From contig CAYWFJ010000003.1 in the NCBI GenBank assembly GCA_964458205.1, forward strand, positions 1-42,175: DNA of 42,175 nt, given 5' to 3'. The notes below the pieces were generated by a model. That model saw only the letters and a program-made list of their open reading frames with translations. It ran no database searches and was not told the origin of the DNA. Source of the DNA: Candidatus Micrarchaeota archaeon. Lineage in GTDB: Archaea; Micrarchaeota; Micrarchaeia; Anstonellales; Anstonellaceae. Below are positions 16,308-23,728 of this stretch, one piece after another. Position 1 is the stretch's first letter, and each line of letters starts with the position of its first letter. The position numbers and the translations under genes were made by a program.

Positions 16308-17366
16308 ATGGGATTGAACATTGCCGAAAACATCTGCGCCCCCATCCTGTCCGGGGCCCCGTCGGATTTTCCTGGAAGTTTCGGGATTCTTGGCGCTGAC
16401 TGGCTGCAGCTGACTTTCCTTGCCCTCCTTGCATCGCTCCTAGCTCTTTCTATAATATACATGCTTTCATTCTTCCTTAAGCAGAACGCAGCAGCAGCGT
16501 GGGCGAAATTCGAGCTCTTCCAGCTTTTTGCAACAGCCATGCTGGTGGTCATGACCTCTTCCGTGCTGATAGTCGGGATGTGCTCGTTTGACATGCGCAT
16601 TCTTGACCCGGACAGATATGCGGATCCGCAAAACCCGAATCGGCCCATGAACATGCTGGATATTGTGGACAGGTATTTTGGCGAGCTTGAGAAGGCGGGC
16701 GGGATGCTTTTTGCCGCCTTCCTGTTCATCATCAATATCCTGACCAACCTATTCAAGGCGATGTTCCTAAGCTCGCCACTGGGAGTGGGGGGCAATGAAA
16801 GCCCTCTTGAATCGCTTATGCAGCTCAACAACATGTTCTTCATCCTGATAAGCGGATTCGTCATCTCGTTCCTCATGCTTGGCGTGCAGACCAGGATGGT
16901 GGAGTACATCAGCATAGCTGCGCTCTATTACCTGTTTCCCTTCGGGGTTTTTTTCAGGGCGTTTGAGCCGACCCGCGCTTTTGGCGGAACCCTGATAGGC
17001 CTCTCAATCTCCCTTTTCCTGTTCTACCCCGCCCTCCTGGTTTTCAACGACTATGTTGTTTACGGGCCGGTTTCCGAAATCAACCAGGAGCTGGAAGATA
17101 GCATAGATAGGGGCGACACGCAGGTTTCTGGGCAGCAAGGCGGGATGCCCGACAGCCAGGTAATAGTGAATGGAATAGAAAGCGGCGACCTGGCATCCGG
17201 GATAGGCGGTTCCGTCCTTGTGGTTTTCAAGCCGCTCATGCTGTATTTCGTGGCAGCGGTCGTCCTGCCCATAATCAATTTCATAATACTGGTGGAAGTT
17301 GCAAGGGGGCTCACGCGCCTCCTGGGAGAAGAGGTGGACATAACCAACCTCACGAGGCTGATATGA
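16308..17366 (+). CDS. Polytopic membrane protein, paralogue P5 of 6
   Basis: ATG 16308 is preceded by GGGTG. Core FFRAFEPTRAFGGTLIGLSISLFLFYPALLV. Tail LGEEVDITNLTRLI. The stop overlaps the P6 start. Confidence 0.78.
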   Translation: MGLNIAENICAPILSGAPSDFPGSFGILGADWLQLTFLALLASLLALSIIYMLSFFLKQNAAAAWAKFELFQLFATAMLVVMTSSVLIVGMCSFDMRILDPDRYADPQNPNRPMNMLDIVDRYFGELEKAGGMLFAAFLFIINILTNLFKAMFLSSPLGVGGNESPLESLMQLNNMFFILISGFVISFLMLGVQTRMVEYISIAALYYLFPFGVFFRAFEPTRAFGGTLIGLSISLFLFYPALLVFNDYVVYGPVSEINQELEDSIDRGDTQVSGQQGGMPDSQVIVNGIESGDLASGIGGSVLVVFKPLMLYFVAAVVLPIINFIILVEVARGLTRLLGEEVDITNLTRLI

Positions 17367-18361
17367 TGGCATTTGATTTGACTTCGTCCGGATGGATAGG
17401 CATTTCGGTGCTCGTGGCCCTGGTTTCCCTCTTCATCACCGTGCTTTTGCATATGCTCGCCCAGGCGTTCAGCCTCCAGAGCCTTGGCATGTGGGCAAAA
17501 TCCGAATATGCACAGGTGGCGGTCAGCTTCCTGATAATCTTCTTCGCGGCAGTGATGCAAAGCGCAGGTGCGGAAGTGGTCAGCCAGGTCACAGCCGAAG
17601 TTGCGGCGGCATCGGGGAACATGATGCTCACCTCCAGCATGTCGGCGAATATGGACCCGGTGGAAATAGCCAAGGCGTACATAAACAAAATCACCGGTTG
17701 CCAAATAACGCTTTACAAAATAGCATACTGGCTCAACTTCATCATGGAGCCGCTGAGCAAAATCAGCCTGGAGGCCATGGGTTTTGAAGGGATTACTGGG
17801 GGCGCCCTCTCAGGATATGTCTCTTTTTTCCACTACGTAATGAATAACCTTACATATGTGATCCTCTTCAACTATGTCCAATACAGCGTGCTTCTGCTCT
17901 CTAAATACTCCATGCTTTACCCGGTACTCCCAATCGGTCTTGTTCTTCGCGCGTTCGCGCCGACCAGGGGGGTTGGAGGGCTGATGGTTGCGTTCGCGCT
18001 TGGCTTCGCATTCGTGTTCCCATTCACGTACGTGCTGGTGGTTGCAATAACCCCGAACACCACATACACCATGTGCAATGAGATAACCCTAACCGCTGGC
18101 GATTTGCCACAAAAAGACGAGCAGCCTTGCTACAACAGCAAGGCGGGAACAAGGGAACAGTCTTTCAGGCTAAAAAGCAACATGCAGAAAATATCCGGGA
18201 TAGTCGGATTCATGCAGAATGCGATAGGGATAATCTTTCTGCAGGCGGTAATCTACCCATTGGTCTCGTTGATTATGACTTTCACGTTCATCAGGCAGAC
18301 CAGCTCGCTGTTCGGAGCCGACCTTGCAGAGATAGGGCGCGGGCTCATCAAGATAATATAG
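17363..18361 (+). CDS. Polytopic membrane protein, paralogue P6 of 6
   Basis: ATGA overlap with P5. Core VLRAFAPTRGVGGLMVAFALGFAFVFPFTYV. Loop TPNTTYTMCNEITL..QPCYNS. Tail FGADLAEIGRGLIKII. Confidence 0.78.
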   Translation: MMAFDLTSSGWIGISVLVALVSLFITVLLHMLAQAFSLQSLGMWAKSEYAQVAVSFLIIFFAAVMQSAGAEVVSQVTAEVAAASGNMMLTSSMSANMDPVEIAKAYINKITGCQITLYKIAYWLNFIMEPLSKISLEAMGFEGITGGALSGYVSFFHYVMNNLTYVILFNYVQYSVLLLSKYSMLYPVLPIGLVLRAFAPTRGVGGLMVAFALGFAFVFPFTYVLVVAITPNTTYTMCNEITLTAGDLPQKDEQPCYNSKAGTREQSFRLKSNMQKISGIVGFMQNAIGIIFLQAVIYPLVSLIMTFTFIRQTSSLFGADLAEIGRGLIKII

Positions 18362-18379
18362 CCGAAAACTTGGACGCTG

Positions 18380-18736
18380 CTAGTGCAGGTTGGCCTTTTT
18401 TGGCGCCGCCCCGCCATTTTGCGCCAGGGCTTTCCTGCAAGGATACGGCATGTCCCTTGCGCTTGGAGGGTTTTTTGCCTCAAGAGGATTTTTATCTTGG
18501 GCCGCTGCTTCCCTCGCATGCGGCGCCTGGGCCTTTTTCTCCTTGACCGCGTTTCTCGCGGCCTTGCCTATTGCGTAAGGGACTGTGAAAAGCCCGGCGG
18601 CGATTTTGAAGATGGCAGTGGCAAGGGATACTGTGATGTTTGAAAGCGTGATTAATGCCGGAACCCCGATGGCAAGCGCTGCGCTGACCGCAGCTGCCCC
18701 GACGATTATGGATGCGCCGATGGAATAGGGATCCAT
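18380..18736 (-). CDS. Small membrane protein (two TM helices plus basic tail), unknown function
   Basis: ORF 18380..18784. The internal ATG 18736 gives MDPYSIGASIIVGAAAVSAALAIGVPALI..IFKIAAGLFTVPYAIG, then a K/A/P-rich tail. Convergent with P6. Confidence 0.4.
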   Translation of the reverse strand: MDPYSIGASIIVGAAAVSAALAIGVPALITLSNITVSLATAIFKIAAGLFTVPYAIGKAARNAVKEKKAQAPHAREAAAQDKNPLEAKNPPSARDMPYPCRKALAQNGGAAPKKANLH

Positions 18737-18865
18737 GCTTTTGGATATGCATGGCTCGCATTTATAAAAAATGCGCCCAGGCAAGTCCCATCCGCTTTAA
18801 AAACTATCATTCAAATGTTTAGCGGCTCCTGTGTGGGGAGACTGAACTGAAGCCCTGGGTTTTTC

Positions 18866-20020
18866 ATGGCAATAGACCTTCCGAACATATACAAAGGGGA
18901 TTACCGCCTGCTCATGGCGGTCCCGATAGCCCTTGTGCTCCTTTCCCTGATGTTCATACCTAGTGTGGAGCTTGGCGTGGACTTCAAGGGGGGCACCATG
19001 GTGACCATGCAGGCAAACCAGAGCGTGGACGAGGGGGCGCTTCGCGCAGCCCTCACAGACGCAGGGTTTGAGGTATCATCCGTAAAGTCGCTTGCGAATC
19101 CGGCAGGGTATGAAATAGAGGTGGAGATAGAGCGGGACGGCAACCTTACCCGCGCGGAGCAGCTCAAGACCGATTTCTTCTCGAAAATAGACGAAGTGTC
19201 CCGCCTGGAGTCCGATGTCATGGCGACGAACTCAAGCCCGGACGCCGTGTCGAAATACGTGGAGGCGCGCAAATCGGTTGACGGGATGGCGGACGGGCTT
19301 TTCGAGATAGCCGGGATGCCCAGGAACGCAAGCGGCTATCCGGGCACCAATGAGCTGAAGGCAACCGCCGGAGTCGTCTACCGGAAAATCCTTGATGAGA
19401 ACTCGGAAAGGCTGACTGAAACGCTCTCCCGGAACGTGCAGTATGAAAGCGCAAGTTTCAACCAGGTGTCGGCATCGCTTTCGGACAAGTTCGTGGAACG
19501 GGTCGTGGCGGTCGTCATATATTCAATCATAATCGTGAGCATAGTGGTGTTCCTGATATTCCGGACGCTGGTGCCCAGCCTTGCGGTGCTCATAGGCGCA
19601 GCCTGCGACCTTGTAATGGCGCTTGGCGCGATGGGCCTTTTCGGAATCCCCCTCACGCTTGCTTCGTTTGCCGCCCTCCTCATGCTGGTCGGCTTCTCCC
19701 TTGACACAGACGTGCTCCTCACCATGAGGCTGGTAAAAAGAAGGGAAGGGACCCCGCGGGAAAGGGCATATGAGGCAATGAAAACAGGGACAATGATGAG
19801 TTTGTCGCTGATACTCTCATTTGCCTGCCTGTTCATACTGGCGATGGTGACCCACATCAATACTTACTTCGAGATTTCGGCAGTTGCGCTCGTGGGGCTG
19901 GTGGGCGACCTGATAGCCACCTGGATGCTCAATGCGCCCATAGTGCTTTCATACATGGAGAAAAGAGGGGATGCCGGCAAGGAAGAGAAGCCGTTCCTCT
20001 CGTCGATATTTTCGGGATAG
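18866..20020 (+). CDS. secF: Protein-export membrane protein SecF (archaeal)
   Basis: Shows GVDFKGGTMVTMQ, and a C-terminal 6-TM block FRTLVPSLAVLIGAACDLVMALGAMGLFGIPLTLASFAALLMLVGFSLDTDVLL. It lies upstream of secD, as in other archaea. Confidence 0.8.
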   Translation: MAIDLPNIYKGDYRLLMAVPIALVLLSLMFIPSVELGVDFKGGTMVTMQANQSVDEGALRAALTDAGFEVSSVKSLANPAGYEIEVEIERDGNLTRAEQLKTDFFSKIDEVSRLESDVMATNSSPDAVSKYVEARKSVDGMADGLFEIAGMPRNASGYPGTNELKATAGVVYRKILDENSERLTETLSRNVQYESASFNQVSASLSDKFVERVVAVVIYSIIIVSIVVFLIFRTLVPSLAVLIGAACDLVMALGAMGLFGIPLTLASFAALLMLVGFSLDTDVLLTMRLVKRREGTPRERAYEAMKTGTMMSLSLILSFACLFILAMVTHINTYFEISAVALVGLVGDLIATWMLNAPIVLSYMEKRGDAGKEEKPFLSSIFSG

Positions 20021-20027
20021 TGTTCTT

Positions 20028-21728
20028 ATGATTACAAAGGAAGAGATAGTGAAGGGCGCAAAGGAGCGCGACGTTTTAGTCATGTTCACATTCATGCTTC
20101 TTGCGTGCCTTGCAATCGCGCTTGACCACCGGCACGGCGTCCCGATTTTCATAGCGTCCATCCTCATGATAGCGATAGCGGTCTCTTTCCTCAAGCGCGA
20201 CCGCGTGAGGATTGCGGGCCTTTTGGCGATAGTCATCCTTTCGCTTTTCTCGATTGGCTTCAACGGGGTGAAATTCGGGATAGACTTCTCTGGAGGCGTC
20301 CGGATACCTGTGCTTCTTGAGACCTCGGTGAGCGCAGATGTGATGGAGGACATGGTGAGCACGATAAAGACGCGGGCTGCGGCGTTCGGGCTTACCGAGG
20401 TGAAGGTGCGCCCCATAGGCGACTCGGAAATATACGTCGAGCTTCCTCAAAGCTCCCCGCAGCTTGTCCGGGACGTGGAAACCGTGCTCTCGCAGCAGGG
20501 CGTGTACCAGGGCGTGGTCGACGGGAAAATTGCGATAAGGGGAGATGACATTTATACCGGAACCATCGGAAGGGTGCCGTCACAATATCTCCAGGGCGCG
20601 GATTGGGCTGTGAGTTTCACGGTCACGCAAGGGGGGGCCAAGAGGTTTTCGCAGACCGTTCTCGGCAAGGCAGATTATCCCCTTTACATGTTCCTGGACA
20701 GGCCGGACAACGCCATAGTGGTGGTGGGCGAAAAAAGCCTGATGAACCACTCGAAAAGCGCCGGAGGGCAGGTCTCAAAAAGCAGGGCGCTTGAGCTTGC
20801 CGTGAATTCCCTGAAGCTTGAGGGGGCGGACATACCGGTTTATATTGAAGAGGACATTGCAGGGGACTTTTCCATTGCGCCAGCAAACAACAGGACAAAG
20901 GCGATTGTGTCCGCCAACAGCACGCTTATGCCGAAGCTTAGGGAAGCTGGCTTCGTGGTGGTGGAAAAAAGCGATGAGGAAATGTCCCCTGAATACCAGG
21001 TTTCCCAAAGCTCGCCCGCCTCCGATGCGGTGAGCGTCTGGAAAGCGGTCGGGCTCCTCTCGTCCCCCCGCCTTGCCAAATCTGTCACAGAAGGGGTGCC
21101 GAGCTTTTCCTATCTGATAAACGGGGCTGCGCAGGGCGACACTGCGACCGCAAGGGCTGCCGATGCGCTCAAAAAGGAAAGGGAGCTTGAATCCATACTC
21201 AAGGGCGGTGCGCTTCCGGTGCACATCACCTTGGGCTCGAAAACGCTCGTGCCCGCGCCGCTTGGCGCCGAGTTTTTGCGGCTGAGCCTGATTGGTATTG
21301 TTTTCTCGCTTATCGCAATCTCGCTGATGGTCGCGCTCCGCTACATGCATCCGCAGATAGTGCTGCCCATGATATGCATAAGCATCGCGGAACTAATCAT
21401 ATTGGTAGCTATATTGGGCTCGTTCACCATTGACCTTTCCGCAATGGCGGGAATACTTGCGGCAATAGGGGTCGGGATTGACGCGCAGATTGTCGTGACC
21501 GACGAGCTTTTGAAAAAGGAGGAGGAGCCAAGGAAGAGGATGGAAAAGGCATTCACCATCATCACCACCTCGGTGATGGTCGCGGTGGTCGCCATGCTGC
21601 CCCTTCTTCTCATGTCGGGCCTGGTTGAGATAATCGGCTTTGCAACCTCCACCATATTGGGCTCCCTATTGGGCCTGTTCATCTCCCGCCCTGCATACGG
21701 CGCGATTGTGGAGCACCTGTTCGAGTAG
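20028..21728 (+). CDS. secD: Protein-export membrane protein SecD (archaeal)
   Basis: ATG 20028 lies 8 nt after the secF stop. Shows FGIDFSGGVRIPV, a large periplasm-like domain, and a C-terminal TM block ..AGILAAIGVGIDAQIVVTDE... Confidence 0.8.
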   Translation: MITKEEIVKGAKERDVLVMFTFMLLACLAIALDHRHGVPIFIASILMIAIAVSFLKRDRVRIAGLLAIVILSLFSIGFNGVKFGIDFSGGVRIPVLLETSVSADVMEDMVSTIKTRAAAFGLTEVKVRPIGDSEIYVELPQSSPQLVRDVETVLSQQGVYQGVVDGKIAIRGDDIYTGTIGRVPSQYLQGADWAVSFTVTQGGAKRFSQTVLGKADYPLYMFLDRPDNAIVVVGEKSLMNHSKSAGGQVSKSRALELAVNSLKLEGADIPVYIEEDIAGDFSIAPANNRTKAIVSANSTLMPKLREAGFVVVEKSDEEMSPEYQVSQSSPASDAVSVWKAVGLLSSPRLAKSVTEGVPSFSYLINGAAQGDTATARAADALKKERELESILKGGALPVHITLGSKTLVPAPLGAEFLRLSLIGIVFSLIAISLMVALRYMHPQIVLPMICISIAELIILVAILGSFTIDLSAMAGILAAIGVGIDAQIVVTDELLKKEEEPRKRMEKAFTIITTSVMVAVVAMLPLLLMSGLVEIIGFATSTILGSLLGLFISRPAYGAIVEHLFE

Positions 21729-21825
21729 ATGGAAATGGAAAAGGGGATTCGCATCCCTTCCGGCTTATCCTTGATTTGCCCGCTTAATCCTTGCTTTTCT
21801 TTTTTCGCATCAGCTTGCCTTTTTT

Positions 21826-22398
21826 TCACTCTGCTAGCTTTTCTTCCAGGAAAGAAGCCATTGAGTTGAGCATGGGCAGGATATAGAAAGGAAGCACTAT
21901 TCCTATTATCGCCCCAGTCATCATGCGGATAGAATTGGTGCTTTCGCGGAAGCCCAAAAGCTGCGTGCCGCCGTCGATTGCGACCGGAACCGCAGCTGCG
22001 ATGAGCAGCCATGCGGGCGGCCAGTCTTCCGAGTCGATTTTGCGGATGAATGGGAGAATGATGAGCCCGAAAAGCATTGCAAGGTAGATTGCGACGTCCC
22101 GGGAGCAGACAGGGAATTTGTAGCCTGCCTTGCCATCCTTCACAACGTAATTTGCCCTTGAGTGGCTGATCTCTTCGCCTTGCGGGCGGCAGTCGCCGAT
22201 TGAATGCCCGCCTGATGCAGACTGGAAAAGGCATAGCGAGCGGGAAGTGAGCTGGTGGCAGGTGGGCGCGAATGCCAGATAGAGCGTGCCTGACACAGGG
22301 TCGCCTTGCGAGGCGAGATAAGGAACCGAAAAGATTGCGAGGTTGAAGAGGAAGAGCGCCGAGAGGAAAAGGATGAAGGGGAGCTTTCCTGCCGCCAT
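21826..22398 (-). CDS. DUF2085-like membrane protein
   Basis: Shows PTCHQLTSRSLCLF....FPVCSRDVAIYLAMLFG...AIDGGTQLLG. This is the CHQ / C-x-R-(C/D) / IDG pattern I associate with DUF2085. Confidence 0.6.
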   Translation of the reverse strand: MAAGKLPFILFLSALFLFNLAIFSVPYLASQGDPVSGTLYLAFAPTCHQLTSRSLCLFQSASGGHSIGDCRPQGEEISHSRANYVVKDGKAGYKFPVCSRDVAIYLAMLFGLIILPFIRKIDSEDWPPAWLLIAAAVPVAIDGGTQLLGFRESTNSIRMMTGAIIGIVLPFYILPMLNSMASFLEEKLAE

Positions 22399-22416
22399 GG
22401 CTTTCGCTTTTTGTGC

Positions 22417-22430
22417 CTATATTTTTAAAG
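22417..22430. promoter_or_regulatory. TATA box upstream of the tRNA 5' fragment / LAGLIDADG ORF (possibly bidirectional with 21826..22398)
   Basis: CTATATTTTTAAAG. Its 3' edge is about 26 nt upstream of G22456, the first base of the tRNA-like 5' segment. Confidence 0.5.
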
Positions 22431-22455
22431 GGGAAGCGCTCCAAGGAACCCACGC

Positions 22456-22484
22456 GGGCTCGTAGCTCAGCTTGGATAGAGCGA
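22456..22484 (+). other. Isolated tRNA 5' part (acceptor 5' strand plus complete D-arm, positions 1-27), duplicate of the 5' part of the downstream tRNA-Arg
   Basis: GGGCTCG-TA-GCTC-AGCTTGGATA-GAGC-GA. A 21-nt stretch (AGCTCAGCTTGGATAGAGCGA) is identical to 23505-23525. The acceptor strand can pair with CGGGCCC at 23721-23727 (one G-U) and perfectly with CGAGCCC at 31659-31665 and 31753-31759 (minus strand). Confidence 0.6.
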
Positions 22485-23475
22485 TTTTATGGAAAGAATC
22501 GTTTTCATCCCTGGAAAACAGCGGGAGATGGTACTTGGTTTCATATCGCATACGGGCAAAAGCCAAGTAAAGGCAGCGAAATTACTTGGTGTTCCGAGGC
22601 GAACACTAAGAAATTGGATAAACGAAACGCGAACTATTCCCGCCGGTATTTTTGGAAAAATGATTCACGCATGCCCTGAGTTGAAGATTTTTTCAAGCAG
22701 CATTCGCAAGGTTCTTGATGCCAATTGGGGCAGAACGAAAGGCGGAAAGAACTGTTATGCTGTCCTTCGAAAAAAATATGGTGAAGACGAGCTTATGCGA
22801 AGAAAACGGTCGGGTGGCGCGGCTTCGATAAAACTGAGGCTGGAGAAAATAACGCGCAAACTGCCCCCACCTGATGACGCTCGCGTCCTAGAACTGCTTG
22901 GCGCACTAATCGGAGACGGATGGATAGGGATTAGCGGCGGAAGAAAACAGGTATGCTTCTGCGGGAATCTGCGCCAGCAAGCGTATGCAAAACATTTGCG
23001 AAAACTCCTGTGTCGGGCTTTCGGTGTCCGCGGTTATTTCAAGTTACGAGAAAAAAATACTGTATTCTATATTATCGTGAACTCTGGCCCTATTTTTGAT
23101 TTTTTTAAGAATGAATTCGATTTTCCAGTAGGCGCCAAGAAGAAATTCAATACGCTTCTGTTGCCATCCGAAACTGAAGAAGGGCTAACAGTTATACGTG
23201 GAATTTTTGATACGGACGGCGGAATATATATGGACAATGCGCCAGGTTATGCTCGTCCGTACCCGGTAGTGGACATAACTTCGCACAACCCAGAATTACT
23301 CGGATGGATATCTAAAACCCTGACTAAAAAGGGTTTTAAGGTGATTAGCCTTAAGTATAGCATCCGCCTCAAGACCATTAGTCAGGTGGAGCGCTGGTTT
23401 AACGAAGTTAAGCCATCGAATAAAGTCCACGTAAATAAGTGGAACCTCTGGAAGAGCAAATACATGGGCCCGTAA
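22485..23475 (+). mobile_element. LAGLIDADG homing-endonuclease cassette embedded in or next to a tRNA gene; visibly AT-richer than its flanks
   Basis: Bracketed by the duplicated tRNA 5' part. Base composition drops (for example 23041-23160 is A/T-rich). Contains a double-motif LAGLIDADG ORF. Confidence 0.6.
22489..23475 (+). CDS. LAGLIDADG-family homing endonuclease with N-terminal HTH
   Basis: Two dodecapeptide motifs, LELLGALIGDGW and VIRGIFDTDGGIY. N-terminal HTH KAAKLLGVPRRTLRNWI. The last codons (ATG GGC CCG TAA) overlap the tRNA-Arg acceptor GGGCCCGTA. Confidence 0.85.
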   Translation: MERIVFIPGKQREMVLGFISHTGKSQVKAAKLLGVPRRTLRNWINETRTIPAGIFGKMIHACPELKIFSSSIRKVLDANWGRTKGGKNCYAVLRKKYGEDELMRRKRSGGAASIKLRLEKITRKLPPPDDARVLELLGALIGDGWIGISGGRKQVCFCGNLRQQAYAKHLRKLLCRAFGVRGYFKLREKNTVFYIIVNSGPIFDFFKNEFDFPVGAKKKFNTLLLPSETEEGLTVIRGIFDTDGGIYMDNAPGYARPYPVVDITSHNPELLGWISKTLTKKGFKVISLKYSIRLKTISQVERWFNEVKPSNKVHVNKWNLWKSKYMGP

Positions 23476-23728
23476 GCGAAAACAGATTGTTTGTTTTCCC
23501 GGGAAGCTCAGCTTGGATAGAGCGACACTCTCCTACCCTAGGGGGCAGATGGTCATCCGTCGATCCCCCTAAGGGTTCACCCCCAATCGGCAACATTGTT
23601 GGGGGATGAACCTGGAAGAGCATTGCGCTTTTTCCGCGAATGTGCGGAGAAAGGTGAAGGTCGTGAGTTCAAACGCCGTTGTCTGGCAACGTGTTGCCAG
23701 CCCTTGGCTGACAATCTCACCGGGCCCG
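23466..23728 (+). tRNA. tRNA-Arg(CCU) with three putative introns (31 nt at 9/10, 116 nt at 37/38, 41 nt in the T-loop at 59/60); mature length 75 nt
   Basis: Hand fold: GGGCCCG TA [23475-23505] GCTC AGCTTGGATA GAGC G ACACT CUCCUA [23536-23651] A GGTGA AGGTC GTGAG TTCAAA [23674-23714] T CTCAC CGGGCCC G. The acceptor is 7/7 Watson-Crick. The anticodon stem has 4 pairs plus an A-A at 27:43. A T-run follows at 23734-23739. The alternative 5' exon at 22456-22484 is unresolved. Confidence 0.6.
23536..23590 (+). repeat. 55-nt intron module shared with the tRNA-Lys T-loop intron
   Basis: CCCTAGGGGGCAGATG..GATCCCCCT..GGTTCACCCCCAATCGG. About 47/55 identical to the minus strand of 31782-31836. Confidence 0.8.

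Noticed and set aside
16163-16915. 250-aa minus-strand ORF, with similar ORFs at 12357..12863, 12848..13372 and 17060..17704
   Set aside because: These are antisense to the P1-P6 array, whose six-fold paralogy validates the plus-strand frames.
3122-18361. Calling the locus a type IV secretion or conjugation system (VirB1-like SLT plus VirB6-like polytopic proteins)
   Set aside because: No VirB4, VirD4 or VirB11-type ATPase, relaxase, pilin or coupling protein is present in or next to the locus. The P1-P6 core motif is not one I can tie to VirB6/TrbL. I kept the T4SS only as an analogy, not as an annotation.
21341-22453. 370-aa minus-strand ORF spanning the secD 3' end and the DUF2085 gene
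   Set aside because: It overlaps two well-supported genes in other frames or on the other strand. Its Arg/Pro-rich composition points to a frame artefact.
22456-22484. Treating the upstream tRNA 5' fragment as a complete tRNA gene
   Set aside because: After position 27 the sequence runs straight into the LAGLIDADG ORF. No anticodon arm, T-arm or 3' acceptor follows within a normal distance. It is annotated only as a fragment or alternative exon.
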